DNA of 32,653 nucleotides from Acidobacteriota bacterium (GCA_032230165.1 JAVXVR010000589.1:1-32653); one strand, 5' to 3'. Positions 23,437 to 32,653 are shown, counted from the first letter of the stretch. A program made the numbers and translations. The notes: a model not told the origin generated them from the letters alone.

Positions 23437-25086
23437 ATGGCTTCACCTAACGTCCGAGAGCGCGAAACGCAGACGAGCGCGGAGACGGGCGCGCCCGCCA
23501 CGCAGGGCGCGCGCCTGCTCGTCGTGGACGACGAGGAGAGCCTGCGCATCACGACCGCCGCCATCCTCGAAGCCGAAGGGTACGAGGTCGAGACCGCGGC
23601 GAGCGGCGAAGAGGCGATCGCGCAACTCGAAAAGTCCGAGTACGATCTCGTCCTCACCGATCTACACATGGAGGGCGGCGACGGGCTCTCCGTGCTCGGC
23701 GAGATTCGCCGTCGCGCCCCGTTCACCATCTCCGTCGTCCTGACGGGCTTCGCCTCGGTCGAGTCGGCGATTGCCGCGCTCCAACAGGGCGCATACGACT
23801 ACCTGATCAAGCCCTGCGACATCGACGAGATGAAGCACACGATCAGGCGCGGCGTCGAGCACCGGCGGCTGATGCTCGCCGAGCATCGTGCGCGGACGAA
23901 TCTCGAACGGCTCAATCGCGAACTCGAAAGCCGCGTCGAAGAGCGCACCGCCGAGCTAACACAGCTCAACGAGGAACTGGCGGAGGCGAACCGCGTCAAA
24001 GACATCTTTCTCGCCACGCTCTCGCACGAGCTGCGCACGCCGCTCACTCCGATCATCGGTTGGATCAGATTGCTGCGCGGCGAAAACCTCATGAGTCCGC
24101 TCGCCGCTCAGGCGCTCGACACCATCGAGCGCAACGCGCAGCTCCAGTCGCGCCTCATCGACGATCTCCTCGACATCTCGCGCATCGCCACGGGCAAGCT
24201 CTCCTTCGAGCCTGTGCCTTCCGATCTGAACGAGGCGGTTCTGTCGGCGGTCGAGACGGTGCGCGGCGCGGCGGCAGCGCGCGAAGTCAATCTCGACGTG
24301 GCGCTTGCGCCCACGCCGCTCACGGTCTCAGGCGAGCCCGTGCGCATCCAGCAGATCGTGTGGAATCTGCTCTCGAATGCCATCAAGTTCAGCGAGCCGT
24401 CGGGGCGCGTGAAAGTTTCGACTGAGGGCACTGAGGCGGAGGCGCGCGTCATCGTCGAGGACTCAGGCGTCGGCATTGACTCGGAGTTCTTACCTTACGT
24501 CTTCGACCGCTTCCGCCAGCAGGACGGCTCGACGACGCGACGCCACGGCGGTCTAGGATTAGGACTCGCCATCGTCCACGCGCTCACGAAAATGCACGGA
24601 GGGCACGTCGCGGCGGCGTCGGAAGGCACTGGGCGCGGCGCGCGTTTCACGCTGACGCTCCCGCGCCTCGCCTATACGGGCGATGCGGGCGAAGTCGAGG
24701 AGCAGGCGGCGTCCGCCATCACGAACCGCCGGATCATGATCGTGGATGATTCGCCCGACACTCTAGAGCTGCTCTGCGCGATCTTCATCCAGAAGGGTTG
24801 TCAGGTCGTCGCCGCCCGCTCAGCCGAAGAGGCTTTGAAGTCGATCTCGGAAGAGCGCCCGCACATCCTCATCTCGGATATCGGGATGCCGGGCATGGAC
24901 GGCTACGAGTTGCTCGCGCAGATGCGCCGTCTGCCGGGCATGGAAGCTGTGCCGGCGATTGCCATCTCCGGCTATGCGATGGAAGAGGATCGCGAGCAAG
25001 CTTTCCACGCGGGCTTCGCCGCGCACCTCGCCAAGCCCATTGATATGGACGAACTCTTCGCGGTCATCAAGCGTGTCGCGCCATAA
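23437..25086 (+). CDS. Hybrid histidine kinase (REC - coiled coil - HisKA - HATPase_c - REC)
   Basis: 549 aa. REC1 motifs are LLVVDDEESL...DLVLTDLHMEGGDG...YLIKP. The H-box is FLATLSHELRTPLTPIIGW, the N-box VWNLLSNAIKF, G1 VEDSGVGI and G2 HGGLGLGLAIV. REC2 motifs are IMIVDDSPDT...ILISDIGMPGMDG...HLAKP. Confidence 0.9.
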   Translation: MASPNVRERETQTSAETGAPATQGARLLVVDDEESLRITTAAILEAEGYEVETAASGEEAIAQLEKSEYDLVLTDLHMEGGDGLSVLGEIRRRAPFTISVVLTGFASVESAIAALQQGAYDYLIKPCDIDEMKHTIRRGVEHRRLMLAEHRARTNLERLNRELESRVEERTAELTQLNEELAEANRVKDIFLATLSHELRTPLTPIIGWIRLLRGENLMSPLAAQALDTIERNAQLQSRLIDDLLDISRIATGKLSFEPVPSDLNEAVLSAVETVRGAAAAREVNLDVALAPTPLTVSGEPVRIQQIVWNLLSNAIKFSEPSGRVKVSTEGTEAEARVIVEDSGVGIDSEFLPYVFDRFRQQDGSTTRRHGGLGLGLAIVHALTKMHGGHVAAASEGTGRGARFTLTLPRLAYTGDAGEVEEQAASAITNRRIMIVDDSPDTLELLCAIFIQKGCQVVAARSAEEALKSISEERPHILISDIGMPGMDGYELLAQMRRLPGMEAVPAIAISGYAMEEDREQAFHAGFAAHLAKPIDMDELFAVIKRVAP

Positions 25087-25112
25087 GCATCTAATTCGGG
25101 AGGCGTCGAACT

Positions 25113-26123
25113 ATGAACATCTTCTTGGCTTGTCTCTTTTCTGCCCTGCTGCTGTTGCAGGGCGCGTCTAACTACAAGGTCGTGGGTCGTTACCCGATTC
25201 CGGGCGTCGGCGGATTTGACTATGTGACGCTCGACGGCTCGGCACGCCGGCTCTACGTTTCGCACGCGACTCAGGTGGATGTGCTGGACGCGGATACGGG
25301 GAAGCTCATCGGCTCGATCCCTGACACGCCGGGCGTCCACGGGGTCGCGCTCGCCCCGGCTTTCAAGCACGGCTTCACGAGCAACGGGCGCGAGAACAAG
25401 GTCTCGATGTTCGACCCCGCGACGCTGCAACTCATCAAGAAGATCGAGGTCGGGAAGGGACCCGATGGCATCTACTACGACGAGCGCACGAAGCGCGTCT
25501 TCACCAACAACCACGGCACACACGACATCACCGCGATTGATGCCGCGAGCGGCGATGTCGTCGGCACGGTGAAAGTGGAGGGCGACGGCGAGCAGGCGGT
25601 CATCGGTAAGGACGGACTTATCTACGTCAACAGCGAGGAAGCCGGCGAGGTGGTTGTCTTCGACCCGAAGTCGCTGGATGTCAAAAAGCGATTCCCCATC
25701 GGCGTCGCCAAGACTCCCACGGGTCTCGCCTACGACGCTAAGACGAATCGCCTGTTCATCGGTTGCCGCAATGAGCCGAAGATGGTCGTGATGGATGCGG
25801 CGACGGGGAAGGTCATCAACTCATACCCAATCGGCGCGGGCGTGGACTACGCCGCTTTCGATCCGGGAAGCAATCTGATCTTTTTTTCGTGCGGCGATGG
25901 GACGTTGAGCATCTACCGAGAGAAGTCGGCGGACACTTACGAGGACGCGGGCGCGGTCAAGACGCAGCCGAGCGCGAAGACGATGGCGTTCGATCCGAAG
26001 ACGAAGAAAATCTTTCTCCCGGCGGCTGAATATCAGGAGACCCCCGCGACCGAACCCGGCAGGCGACCCACGCGCAGCGTGAAGCCGGGGTCATTTGCCG
26101 TACTCGTCGTCAGCAAATCATAA
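25113..26123 (+). CDS. Secreted YncE-like / YVTN-type beta-propeller protein
   Basis: 336 aa. GGGAGG lies upstream of the ATG and the N-terminus is hydrophobic (MNIFLACLFSALLLLQGA). Repeated blade motifs are present (RLYVSHATQVDVLDADTGKLIGSI, KVSMFDPATLQLIKKI, DITAIDAASGDVVGTV, VVVFDPKSLDVKKRF, MVVMDAATGKVINSY). Confidence 0.75.
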   Translation: MNIFLACLFSALLLLQGASNYKVVGRYPIPGVGGFDYVTLDGSARRLYVSHATQVDVLDADTGKLIGSIPDTPGVHGVALAPAFKHGFTSNGRENKVSMFDPATLQLIKKIEVGKGPDGIYYDERTKRVFTNNHGTHDITAIDAASGDVVGTVKVEGDGEQAVIGKDGLIYVNSEEAGEVVVFDPKSLDVKKRFPIGVAKTPTGLAYDAKTNRLFIGCRNEPKMVVMDAATGKVINSYPIGAGVDYAAFDPGSNLIFFSCGDGTLSIYREKSADTYEDAGAVKTQPSAKTMAFDPKTKKIFLPAAEYQETPATEPGRRPTRSVKPGSFAVLVVSKS

Positions 26124-26204
26124 AGAGGCTCGCGCGCACGCGTGGGACATCCTTCAGGTAGAAGACGAGCGCGGGCTTCATCTCAGTTTCATCAAGAGAA
26201 TCCT

Positions 26205-29200
26205 TTACGCCTCCCGCCGCGACGCGGCTTCGTCGCGCCGCAGCATCGCGTAGATCGTCGGCGTGACGACGAGCGAGAGCAGGAGCGCGACCGCCAGCCC
26301 GCCGATGACGGCGATGGCGAGCGGCTGCAACAGCTCCGCGCCCGCGCCGATGGCGAGCGCGAGCGGGAGCATGCCGAGGATGGCGGCGAGCGAAGTCATC
26401 AGGACGGGGCGGAAGCGCCTGCGCCCCGAACGCAAGAGCGCCTCGCGCAACGTGTCGCCCGCCGCCAGGTGTTCTTCGACCGCGTCGAGCATCAGGATGC
26501 CGTTTTTGGCGACGATGCCGACGACCATGATCATGCCCATCAGTGAGACGACGTTGAGCGTCGTGCCTGTGACGTAAAGCCCTGCGAGCACGCCGCCGAG
26601 CGCGAGTACCGCGCCCGCGACAATCGAGACGGGGTGCGCGAACGAGCGAAACTCGATAAGCAAAGTGATGAAGACGAGCACGATGGCGAGCGCGAGCGAG
26701 AGCATGAGTTCGCGGAAGCTCCCTTGCTGTTCCTGATAGATACCGCCGTACTCGACGGTCATGCCCGGCGGGAGCTTCACGTCTGTGGCGAGCTGCGTTT
26801 TGATCTGTGCGATGGCTGTGCCGAGGTCAATCCCTTCCAGCCGCGCCGTTACCGCCACGAACGTGCGCAAACTCTCACGCGCGATCTCAGTCTGACCCTT
26901 GTCGTATTGAATATCCGCGACCTGATCGAGTCTGAAGAGCGTGCCCGTCGAGGAGCGCACTTGCAGGGCGCGCAGGGCATCGAGCGAGGTGTGTGCTTCC
27001 GCTGGGAAGATGACGCGCACGGTGATGAGCCGACCCTGCTGCAAGATGGATGAAGAGGCGTCGCCCGACATCGCGGTCGTCACGGTGTTGGCGATGTCTG
27101 TGGCGGTGACGCCGAGGCGTGCGGCGCGCTGCGGGTCAATGTTGAAAGTGATCGCGGGACCACTGACGACGACGCCGTTGAAGGTGTCAACGACGCCCGG
27201 CACTTTCTTGATCGCCGTCTCCACCTCGTCAGCCTTCGCGTCGAGCGCGGTCGCGTCTTCACTAAAAAGCTTGACCTCGATGGGTGAGGGCGAGCTGGTC
27301 AGATCGCCGATCAGGTCTGCGAGGATGTGCGCGAACTCGACCTGCAAGGCGGGCTCCGAGGATTCGATCTGCCCGCGCAGGTCGTTCGACACGTCGTCGG
27401 TCGTGCGCGCATGACCGGGCTTAAGCTTGACGAGGAAGTCGCCGGTGTTCGGCTCGGTGATGGCGAGTCCGAGTTGCAGCCCCGTCCGCCGCGAGTAGCT
27501 CTCAACTTCGGGCGTCGCCTTCAACATCTCTTCGACGTGGCGCAGCATCCGGTCGGTCTCTTCGAGCGATGAGCCGGGCGGGGCTTGGTAGTCGAGCACG
27601 AACGCGCTCTCGTCGAAGGCGGGCAGGAACTCAGAGCCGAGACCGCGATAGAGTAGGTACGCGCCCACGAGCACCGCCGCCATGATCAGCAGGACGAGCC
27701 AGCGATTGTCGAGCGCGTGACCGAGCACCCACTCGTAGCGTCGTATGATCGCCTTGAGAATTCGTCCCTGTTCTTCCTCCTCTTCGGTGTCACCGGCACG
27801 CATCTCGTCCGCGCGCGAGCCCGGCAACCCATTCTTGTCCTCCGCACTCTCGCCGCCCTTGCGCTTCGCTTTCACGAAACGCTCGGCGAGCACGGGCGTG
27901 AAGGAGAGAGCGAGGACGAGCGAGGTGAGCAGCGCGACCGCCATCGTGAGCGCGAGCGAGCGGAAGAAGACGCCCGTGACGCCCGTCAGGATCGTGAGCG
28001 GCAGAAAGACGACGACGGGCGTGACGGTCGAGCCGATGATCGGGACGGTGATCTCCGTGATCGCGCTTTGCACCGCCTCGCGCCGCGACTGCCCGCGCGC
28101 CAGATGCGTGTAGATGTTCTCGACGACGACGATGGCATCGTCAATGACCAGCCCGATGGCCGCCGCCACGCCGCCGAGCGTCATCAGATCGAACGAGAGC
28201 CCGACGAGCCACATCGCGAGGAAGGTGACGAGCACCGTCACGGGGATGACGAGGATGGCGATGACGGTCGTGCCCCAGTTGCGCAAGAAGGCGTAGAGGA
28301 TGACGACCGAGAGGAGCAGTCCGATCAGGATCGCGTCGCGCACAGAGTTCATAGACTCGCGCACCAGCAGCGACTGATCGTAGTAGTTGGCGATGCGCAC
28401 GTCCTTCGGGAGTGAGGGTCGCACGGCGGCGAGTTCCGCCGTCACTTCATCCACCACCGTGACGGTGTTGGCGTCGGGCTGGCGGTCAACGTCGAGCAGC
28501 ACCGCCGGGTGGCCATCGGCGGTCACGATGGTGTACTGCGGCTCATACCCTGCGCCCACCGTCGCCACGTCCGCGACGGTGACGGGCGCGTTGTTAATGG
28601 TCGCGACGACGATGCCGTTCAACTGTTCGGGCGTGATCGCTTGCCCGCTCACGAGCGCGAGTTCGAGTTGATGATTCTCCTCGATCAAACCCGGCGACGC
28701 GATGATGTTCGAGTTTTTAACGGCGTCCACGACCTGTTGCACCGAGACGCCGTGCGCGACGAGCCGCTTCTCGTCAATCGTGACGTGATACTCACGCACA
28801 CGCCCGCCCGACACCCCGACGCTCGCCACGCCCGCGAGCCGCGCCAGTCGCGGGCGCACGACGTTGTTGGCGATGTCGCGTAGCGATGTCGGGTCGCGCG
28901 AGTCCGAGGTGAGACTGTAGCCGGCGACGGGGAAGACGGCGAAGGTCAGACGATCCACGCGGCGGATCGCCGCCGTCGGCGGAAGCTGCGCGGTGAGCTG
29001 CGAGAGTCGCGCCTGCACGAGTTGCAGCGACTGTGTGATGTCCACGTTCCAGTTGAAGAAGAGATCGACTTCGCAGGAGCCGCGCGCCGTCGTCGAGCGA
29101 ATGCGCGAGATGCCGGGGATGCCGTTCATCGCTTCCTCGACGGGGCGCGTGACGGAGACGAGCGTCTGCGGCGCGGGCACGACGCCGTTATCCACCGTGA

Positions 29201-29339
29201 TGACGATGCGCGGAAAGTTGGTCTGCGGGAAGATGGCAGTAGGCAGTAGCCACGCGGCGTACAGCCCCGCGACGCACAGGAGAGCGATGACGGTCAGCAC
29301 CGCGCGCTTCTGTGTGGAGATGAGACCCGCCAGCGTCAC
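26205..29339 (-). CDS. RND efflux transporter, inner-membrane permease subunit (AcrB/CzcA/CusA superfamily)
   Basis: 1044 aa with a GTG start. It has the typical RND N-terminus (an N-terminal TM segment followed by FPQTNFPRIVITV) and the conserved TM4 motif GLVIDDAIVVVENIY. Two large periplasmic loops and 12 predicted TM segments are present. The start overlaps the upstream adaptor stop. Confidence 0.9.
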   Translation of the reverse strand: MTLAGLISTQKRAVLTVIALLCVAGLYAAWLLPTAIFPQTNFPRIVITVDNGVVPAPQTLVSVTRPVEEAMNGIPGISRIRSTTARGSCEVDLFFNWNVDITQSLQLVQARLSQLTAQLPPTAAIRRVDRLTFAVFPVAGYSLTSDSRDPTSLRDIANNVVRPRLARLAGVASVGVSGGRVREYHVTIDEKRLVAHGVSVQQVVDAVKNSNIIASPGLIEENHQLELALVSGQAITPEQLNGIVVATINNAPVTVADVATVGAGYEPQYTIVTADGHPAVLLDVDRQPDANTVTVVDEVTAELAAVRPSLPKDVRIANYYDQSLLVRESMNSVRDAILIGLLLSVVILYAFLRNWGTTVIAILVIPVTVLVTFLAMWLVGLSFDLMTLGGVAAAIGLVIDDAIVVVENIYTHLARGQSRREAVQSAITEITVPIIGSTVTPVVVFLPLTILTGVTGVFFRSLALTMAVALLTSLVLALSFTPVLAERFVKAKRKGGESAEDKNGLPGSRADEMRAGDTEEEEEQGRILKAIIRRYEWVLGHALDNRWLVLLIMAAVLVGAYLLYRGLGSEFLPAFDESAFVLDYQAPPGSSLEETDRMLRHVEEMLKATPEVESYSRRTGLQLGLAITEPNTGDFLVKLKPGHARTTDDVSNDLRGQIESSEPALQVEFAHILADLIGDLTSSPSPIEVKLFSEDATALDAKADEVETAIKKVPGVVDTFNGVVVSGPAITFNIDPQRAARLGVTATDIANTVTTAMSGDASSSILQQGRLITVRVIFPAEAHTSLDALRALQVRSSTGTLFRLDQVADIQYDKGQTEIARESLRTFVAVTARLEGIDLGTAIAQIKTQLATDVKLPPGMTVEYGGIYQEQQGSFRELMLSLALAIVLVFITLLIEFRSFAHPVSIVAGAVLALGGVLAGLYVTGTTLNVVSLMGMIMVVGIVAKNGILMLDAVEEHLAAGDTLREALLRSGRRRFRPVLMTSLAAILGMLPLALAIGAGAELLQPLAIAVIGGLAVALLLSLVVTPTIYAMLRRDEAASRREA

Positions 29340-30814
29340 GGCGCGCTCCCCTTGTTCGCGTTGCCGCTGTTGCTATTGCTGCTGTCGCCGCTGCCGCCGC
29401 TGCCGTTCGGCTGGTCGCCCTCCTGCGCTACTTCAACTTTCGTCCCGTCGGGCAGCGCATAGTTGCCCTCGATGACGACGGTCTCGCCGCCTTCGAGTCC
29501 CGCCGTGATCTCCATCTTATCGCTCGTGCGGATGCCGACCGTAACCTTCGTCTCGTGTGCGACGCTCGTCGCATCAACGACCATCACCGTGCCTTCGTCC
29601 GCGTTCGAGGCATCGAGCGTGACGGCGGAAGCGGGGACGACGAGGGCGTCCGCCTTCGAGTTGGCAGAGACGGTGACCTGCGCCGCACCATTCGCGCGCA
29701 GATGTCCCGCGCCGTTGGCGAGCGTGACCCAGACCTCGACGCTGCGGTTCGCGGGATCGACCGAGCGGCTGATGAGCGTGACCTGCCCCGTCATCTGCTC
29801 GCCGGGCATATCGGTCGGCAGCACCGTCGCCGCGTCGCCGATCTTCAATTGCGACGCGACCGTGTCGGAGAAAGGCGCTTTGACGATGACCTGCGTGATA
29901 TCGGCGATGGTGACGAGCGTCGTGCCGGACGCGGCGAAGCTGCCCTCATAGAGCGCCTGATCGGTGACGACGCCCGTGATCGGCGCGCGCACCGTGGCGT
30001 AGGAGAGTTGCGCGTCGAGCGTCCCCAGGTGCTGCTCAGCCTGTATGACGCGGGCGCGCGCCTGCGCCAGATCGTTCGGGTTGAGCGAGCGCGCGCGCAG
30101 CGTCGCGGTCGCCTCGGCGGCACGGAGATCGTCTTCCGCTCTGGTCAGATCGAGTTGCGAGGCTTCGAGGTCTTTGAGCGAGATACCGCCTTGCTGGTAG
30201 AGCCTCTCGCGGCGCGCGTAGGTGGCGCGCGCGTTCGCGGCGGTCGCGCGTGCGTCGCGCAGCGCTTTCTGATCCTGCGCGTTGGTTTGCGGGATGGTGC
30301 CGGTCGCGACGCTGTTGGCGCTGGCGCGCGCTTCGCCGAGTGCGGCGGCGGCTTCTCCGCGTTGCGCCTGTAGGTCGCTCGATTCAAGCACGGCGATCAC
30401 GTCGCCCGCGTGGACGACGCGGTTCTTCCAAAGAGGCATCTGCCTGATCTGCGCGCTGACCTTGGGCGAGACCAGAGCCTGATCGCGCGGGAAGATCGTG
30501 CCGAGCGCCGAGACCTGCGCCGCGATGGGTTGCTTCTCGACCTTCGCCACGCGCACGCTCACGACTGGCGCGGCGGCTGTCTCCGCAGGGGCGGCACTTT
30601 TGCGCCAACGCCAGATGAGCACGACTGCGATGATCGCAACGAGGGCGCACGCTGCGATGATGATTAGACGTTGTCGCCGTCGCGCCGCCGCTTGACGCTC
30701 GTCCGCGAGCAACACTGATGAGCTTTCGACGTGTTCGACTGCGCGCGCGTGAGCTACTTCATCCGGTGGCAGCTCATCGTCTCTGATGTCGTCGGTGTTT
30801 CGATCTCGGTTCAT
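29336..30814 (-). CDS. RND efflux periplasmic adaptor (membrane fusion protein, HlyD-like)
   Basis: 492 aa. The N-terminal acidic extension is followed by one TM segment (LIIIAACALVAIIAVVLIW). A lipoyl-like motif is present (VHAGDVIAVLESSDLQAQ). Next come a coiled-coil hairpin and the beta-barrel motif YATVRAPITGVVTDQ. The tail is G/S/N-rich. There are 4-nt overlaps with both neighbours. Confidence 0.88.
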   Translation of the reverse strand: MNRDRNTDDIRDDELPPDEVAHARAVEHVESSSVLLADERQAAARRRQRLIIIAACALVAIIAVVLIWRWRKSAAPAETAAAPVVSVRVAKVEKQPIAAQVSALGTIFPRDQALVSPKVSAQIRQMPLWKNRVVHAGDVIAVLESSDLQAQRGEAAAALGEARASANSVATGTIPQTNAQDQKALRDARATAANARATYARRERLYQQGGISLKDLEASQLDLTRAEDDLRAAEATATLRARSLNPNDLAQARARVIQAEQHLGTLDAQLSYATVRAPITGVVTDQALYEGSFAASGTTLVTIADITQVIVKAPFSDTVASQLKIGDAATVLPTDMPGEQMTGQVTLISRSVDPANRSVEVWVTLANGAGHLRANGAAQVTVSANSKADALVVPASAVTLDASNADEGTVMVVDATSVAHETKVTVGIRTSDKMEITAGLEGGETVVIEGNYALPDGTKVEVAQEGDQPNGSGGSGDSSNSNSGNANKGSAP

Positions 30815-32457
30815 TGTCCTGTCGCCTGTTTGAGGCGCGCGAGCGCCACCTGATAGTCGAAGATCGCCTGAAAGAAAGCTATGCGCTGCGCCGCGAGCGA
30901 GGTCTCGGCGTCTGTCACTTCGATGATCTGCGCCTCGCCCGCGCGGTAGCGCAAGATGGAAGCGTCGAGGTTGCTCTGCGCGAGCCTGACGCCGTCAGCC
31001 GCGAGCCGGATGCGCCGCGCGGCTGACGCCACCTGCGTGCGCGCCGAGTTGAACTGCTGGTTGAAATTCCTGACGGCTTGCGCGCGCTCGTTCTGCGTCA
31101 CCTGCTCGCGCAGACGCGCCTGCCGCTCGCGACTCCGGCTCGCACCGAAATCGAAGATCGGGATCGTCAGATTCACGGCAGCCGAAACGCCCGTGTGTTC
31201 TCGAAGGCGCGGGAACCTGACCGAGTCGGTGTCGAAGCCCCCGTTGAGTGAGTAAGAGAGTTGCGGAAGCCGGTCGGCGCGCGCGGCGCGAATGTCCTGC
31301 TTCGCCGCGCGGAGTTGCGCGTCGAACTGCGCGAACTCGGGTCGCCGTGAAATGTTGTCGGCGGTGAAGCGCGCCGCTTCGCCGTCGGACGGAACGAGGG
31401 TCGTCAGATCGATCGTTTCAATCGGTCGCGCGAAGTCGTAGCCGACGAAGACGCGCAGCGAGTCAGCCGCGGCGGCTTCGAGGGCGCGTGCGCGTTCCAA
31501 CTCGTCGCGCCGCTGGACGGTCTGCAACTGCGCGCGCGTGAGATCGACGGGCGCAACTTCGCCGCCGCTCAAAAGCAGAGAGGTGATGTGCTCGAACTCT
31601 TCAGCCGCCGCGAGGTTCTGCTCCGCGCCGCGCCGCTGCGCCGAAGCGAGCGCGAGCCCGTAGTAGGCTTCGATGGTCGCTTGCTGAAGCGTGCGCCGAG
31701 CGATCTCAGTCCCTGCGCGCGCGGCATCGAGCAGCGCGCGGTTGCGTTCGAGCGTGGCGCGCAGTCGCCCTGAGATGTCTATGTCGCCCGCGACGTTGAC
31801 GAGCGCTTGATACTCGCCGATGGCGTTGTTGGCGATGAGACTCTGGACGCGCGGCTCGCCGGGCGGCAAGCCGAGCGCGGGCGAAGTGTAGATGTAGCTG
31901 AGCGGCGCGCTGATCTTCGGCAGGAACGCCGCCTGCGCTTGTCGCACGTCTTCCGCCGCGATGCTCTCGTTCAGTCGCGCCTGACCCACGGCGGAGACCT
32001 GCGCGCCGGAGAGACGCAAAGCGTCGTCGAGCGTGATGGGTGTGTTCGCACCCGCGCCTGTCTGCGCCGCTCCTGTTTGACCCGCGCCTGTCTGACTTGT
32101 CGGCGGCGGTGTTTGACTTGTTGGTGCTGCCGTCGCCGGAATGCCTGAAGGGGGCGGGGCGGCAAGCACCGGAGGCGCGGTCGGGGCTGGCGTCGCTTGC
32201 GGCGTTGCTTGCGGCGACGGGCTTGCGAGCGGCGAGGCGGAAGGGCTTGGTGTTTGCGCCGGGGTCGGGGGCGTCTGCTGATTGGGCGCTTTCGTCGGTT
32301 GACTAGGAGTTGAAGACTTCTGTGGCGCTGAAGTAGAAGGCGGTTGAGCGGGAGTTGAAGGTTGCTGAGGATACGCCGCGCCACTCGCCGCGACAAGCAG
32401 GGCAAAGGCGACGAAAAAGTTCCGAAGCAGTCGGTCAGCCAGCCGGGCAGCGCTCAT
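30811..32457 (-). CDS. TolC-family outer membrane efflux protein with a long P/T/S/Q-rich N-terminal linker
   Basis: Track ORF 30811..32514 (GTG). I prefer the in-frame ATG at 32457 (MSAARLADRLLRNFFVAFALLVAASGAAYPQ, signal-like), which has GGAGG about 13 nt upstream. After about 110 aa of low complexity comes ITLDDALRLSGAQVSAV..., followed by the two-repeat OEP architecture (ARRTLQQATIEAYYGLALA; NLDASILRYRAGEAQIIEVTDAETSLAAQR). Confidence 0.85.
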   Translation of the reverse strand: MSAARLADRLLRNFFVAFALLVAASGAAYPQQPSTPAQPPSTSAPQKSSTPSQPTKAPNQQTPPTPAQTPSPSASPLASPSPQATPQATPAPTAPPVLAAPPPSGIPATAAPTSQTPPPTSQTGAGQTGAAQTGAGANTPITLDDALRLSGAQVSAVGQARLNESIAAEDVRQAQAAFLPKISAPLSYIYTSPALGLPPGEPRVQSLIANNAIGEYQALVNVAGDIDISGRLRATLERNRALLDAARAGTEIARRTLQQATIEAYYGLALASAQRRGAEQNLAAAEEFEHITSLLLSGGEVAPVDLTRAQLQTVQRRDELERARALEAAAADSLRVFVGYDFARPIETIDLTTLVPSDGEAARFTADNISRRPEFAQFDAQLRAAKQDIRAARADRLPQLSYSLNGGFDTDSVRFPRLREHTGVSAAVNLTIPIFDFGASRSRERQARLREQVTQNERAQAVRNFNQQFNSARTQVASAARRIRLAADGVRLAQSNLDASILRYRAGEAQIIEVTDAETSLAAQRIAFFQAIFDYQVALARLKQATGQ

Positions 32458-32653
32458 CTTGCGGTTCGTACCTCCGTCATTCGCCGATCGGTCAACGCAC
32501 TCTCGCAAACTCACCGACGTTCGACGAATCCGGGGCGCGGACGAGAAACCCCACAGTACCGGCGCCAGGATGATAACAGTTTCCCCGAGTCCTGTCGCAA
32601 GCGGGAGGTGGCGGCGGCACTCGCCCGTGATGAACGAGACGCCCCTTCTTGAT

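Noticed and set aside
32515-32653. Possible divergent regulator gene (for example TetR-type) or promoter upstream of the efflux operon at the window end
   Set aside because: Only about 140 nt are available. Neither strand gives a convincing start with an SD or a recognisable N-terminal HTH, so no call can be made.

Overview
This is a GC-rich bacterial chromosomal window with about 26 credible protein-coding genes. I recognised no rRNA, tRNA, CRISPR array, transposase or integrase. An Acidobacteria-type VWFA-domain protein hints at an acidobacterial host, but that is inference only.

Layout:
- 1-4.5 kb: the partial 5' end of a secreted PPC-domain protein, folK, an orphan polytopic permease-like membrane protein, and an AlbA_2/Schlafen-like ATP-binding protein.
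- 4.6-14.2 kb: secreted or exported proteins. These are a VWFA protein, a PA-IL-like lectin-domain protein, a 1143-aa protein with a lamin-tail domain, two small unknown proteins and an alpha/beta hydrolase. Unusual non-coding repeats lie between them.
- 14.6-21.2 kb: a tightly packed, same-strand nine-gene gas-vesicle (gvp) cluster.
- 21.2-26.1 kb: a GAF-PAS-PAS histidine kinase, a REC-HK-REC hybrid kinase and a YncE-like beta-propeller.
- 26.2-32.5 kb, minus strand: a TolC-MFP-RND efflux operon.

The most interesting element is a 735-aa internally duplicated Get3/ArsA-type ATPase at 15747..17954. It carries two P-loops and two Get3-like CxxC motifs. It is translationally coupled between gvpG and a gvpF/L gene, and no GvpN-type AAA+ gene is present in the window. 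I propose it as a candidate new gas-vesicle assembly or chaperone component. I cannot verify novelty without database and literature searches.

CDS coordinates derive from the supplied ORF track, with some starts re-chosen in frame. Hairpin, repeat and promoter coordinates were counted by hand and may be off by 1-2 nt.
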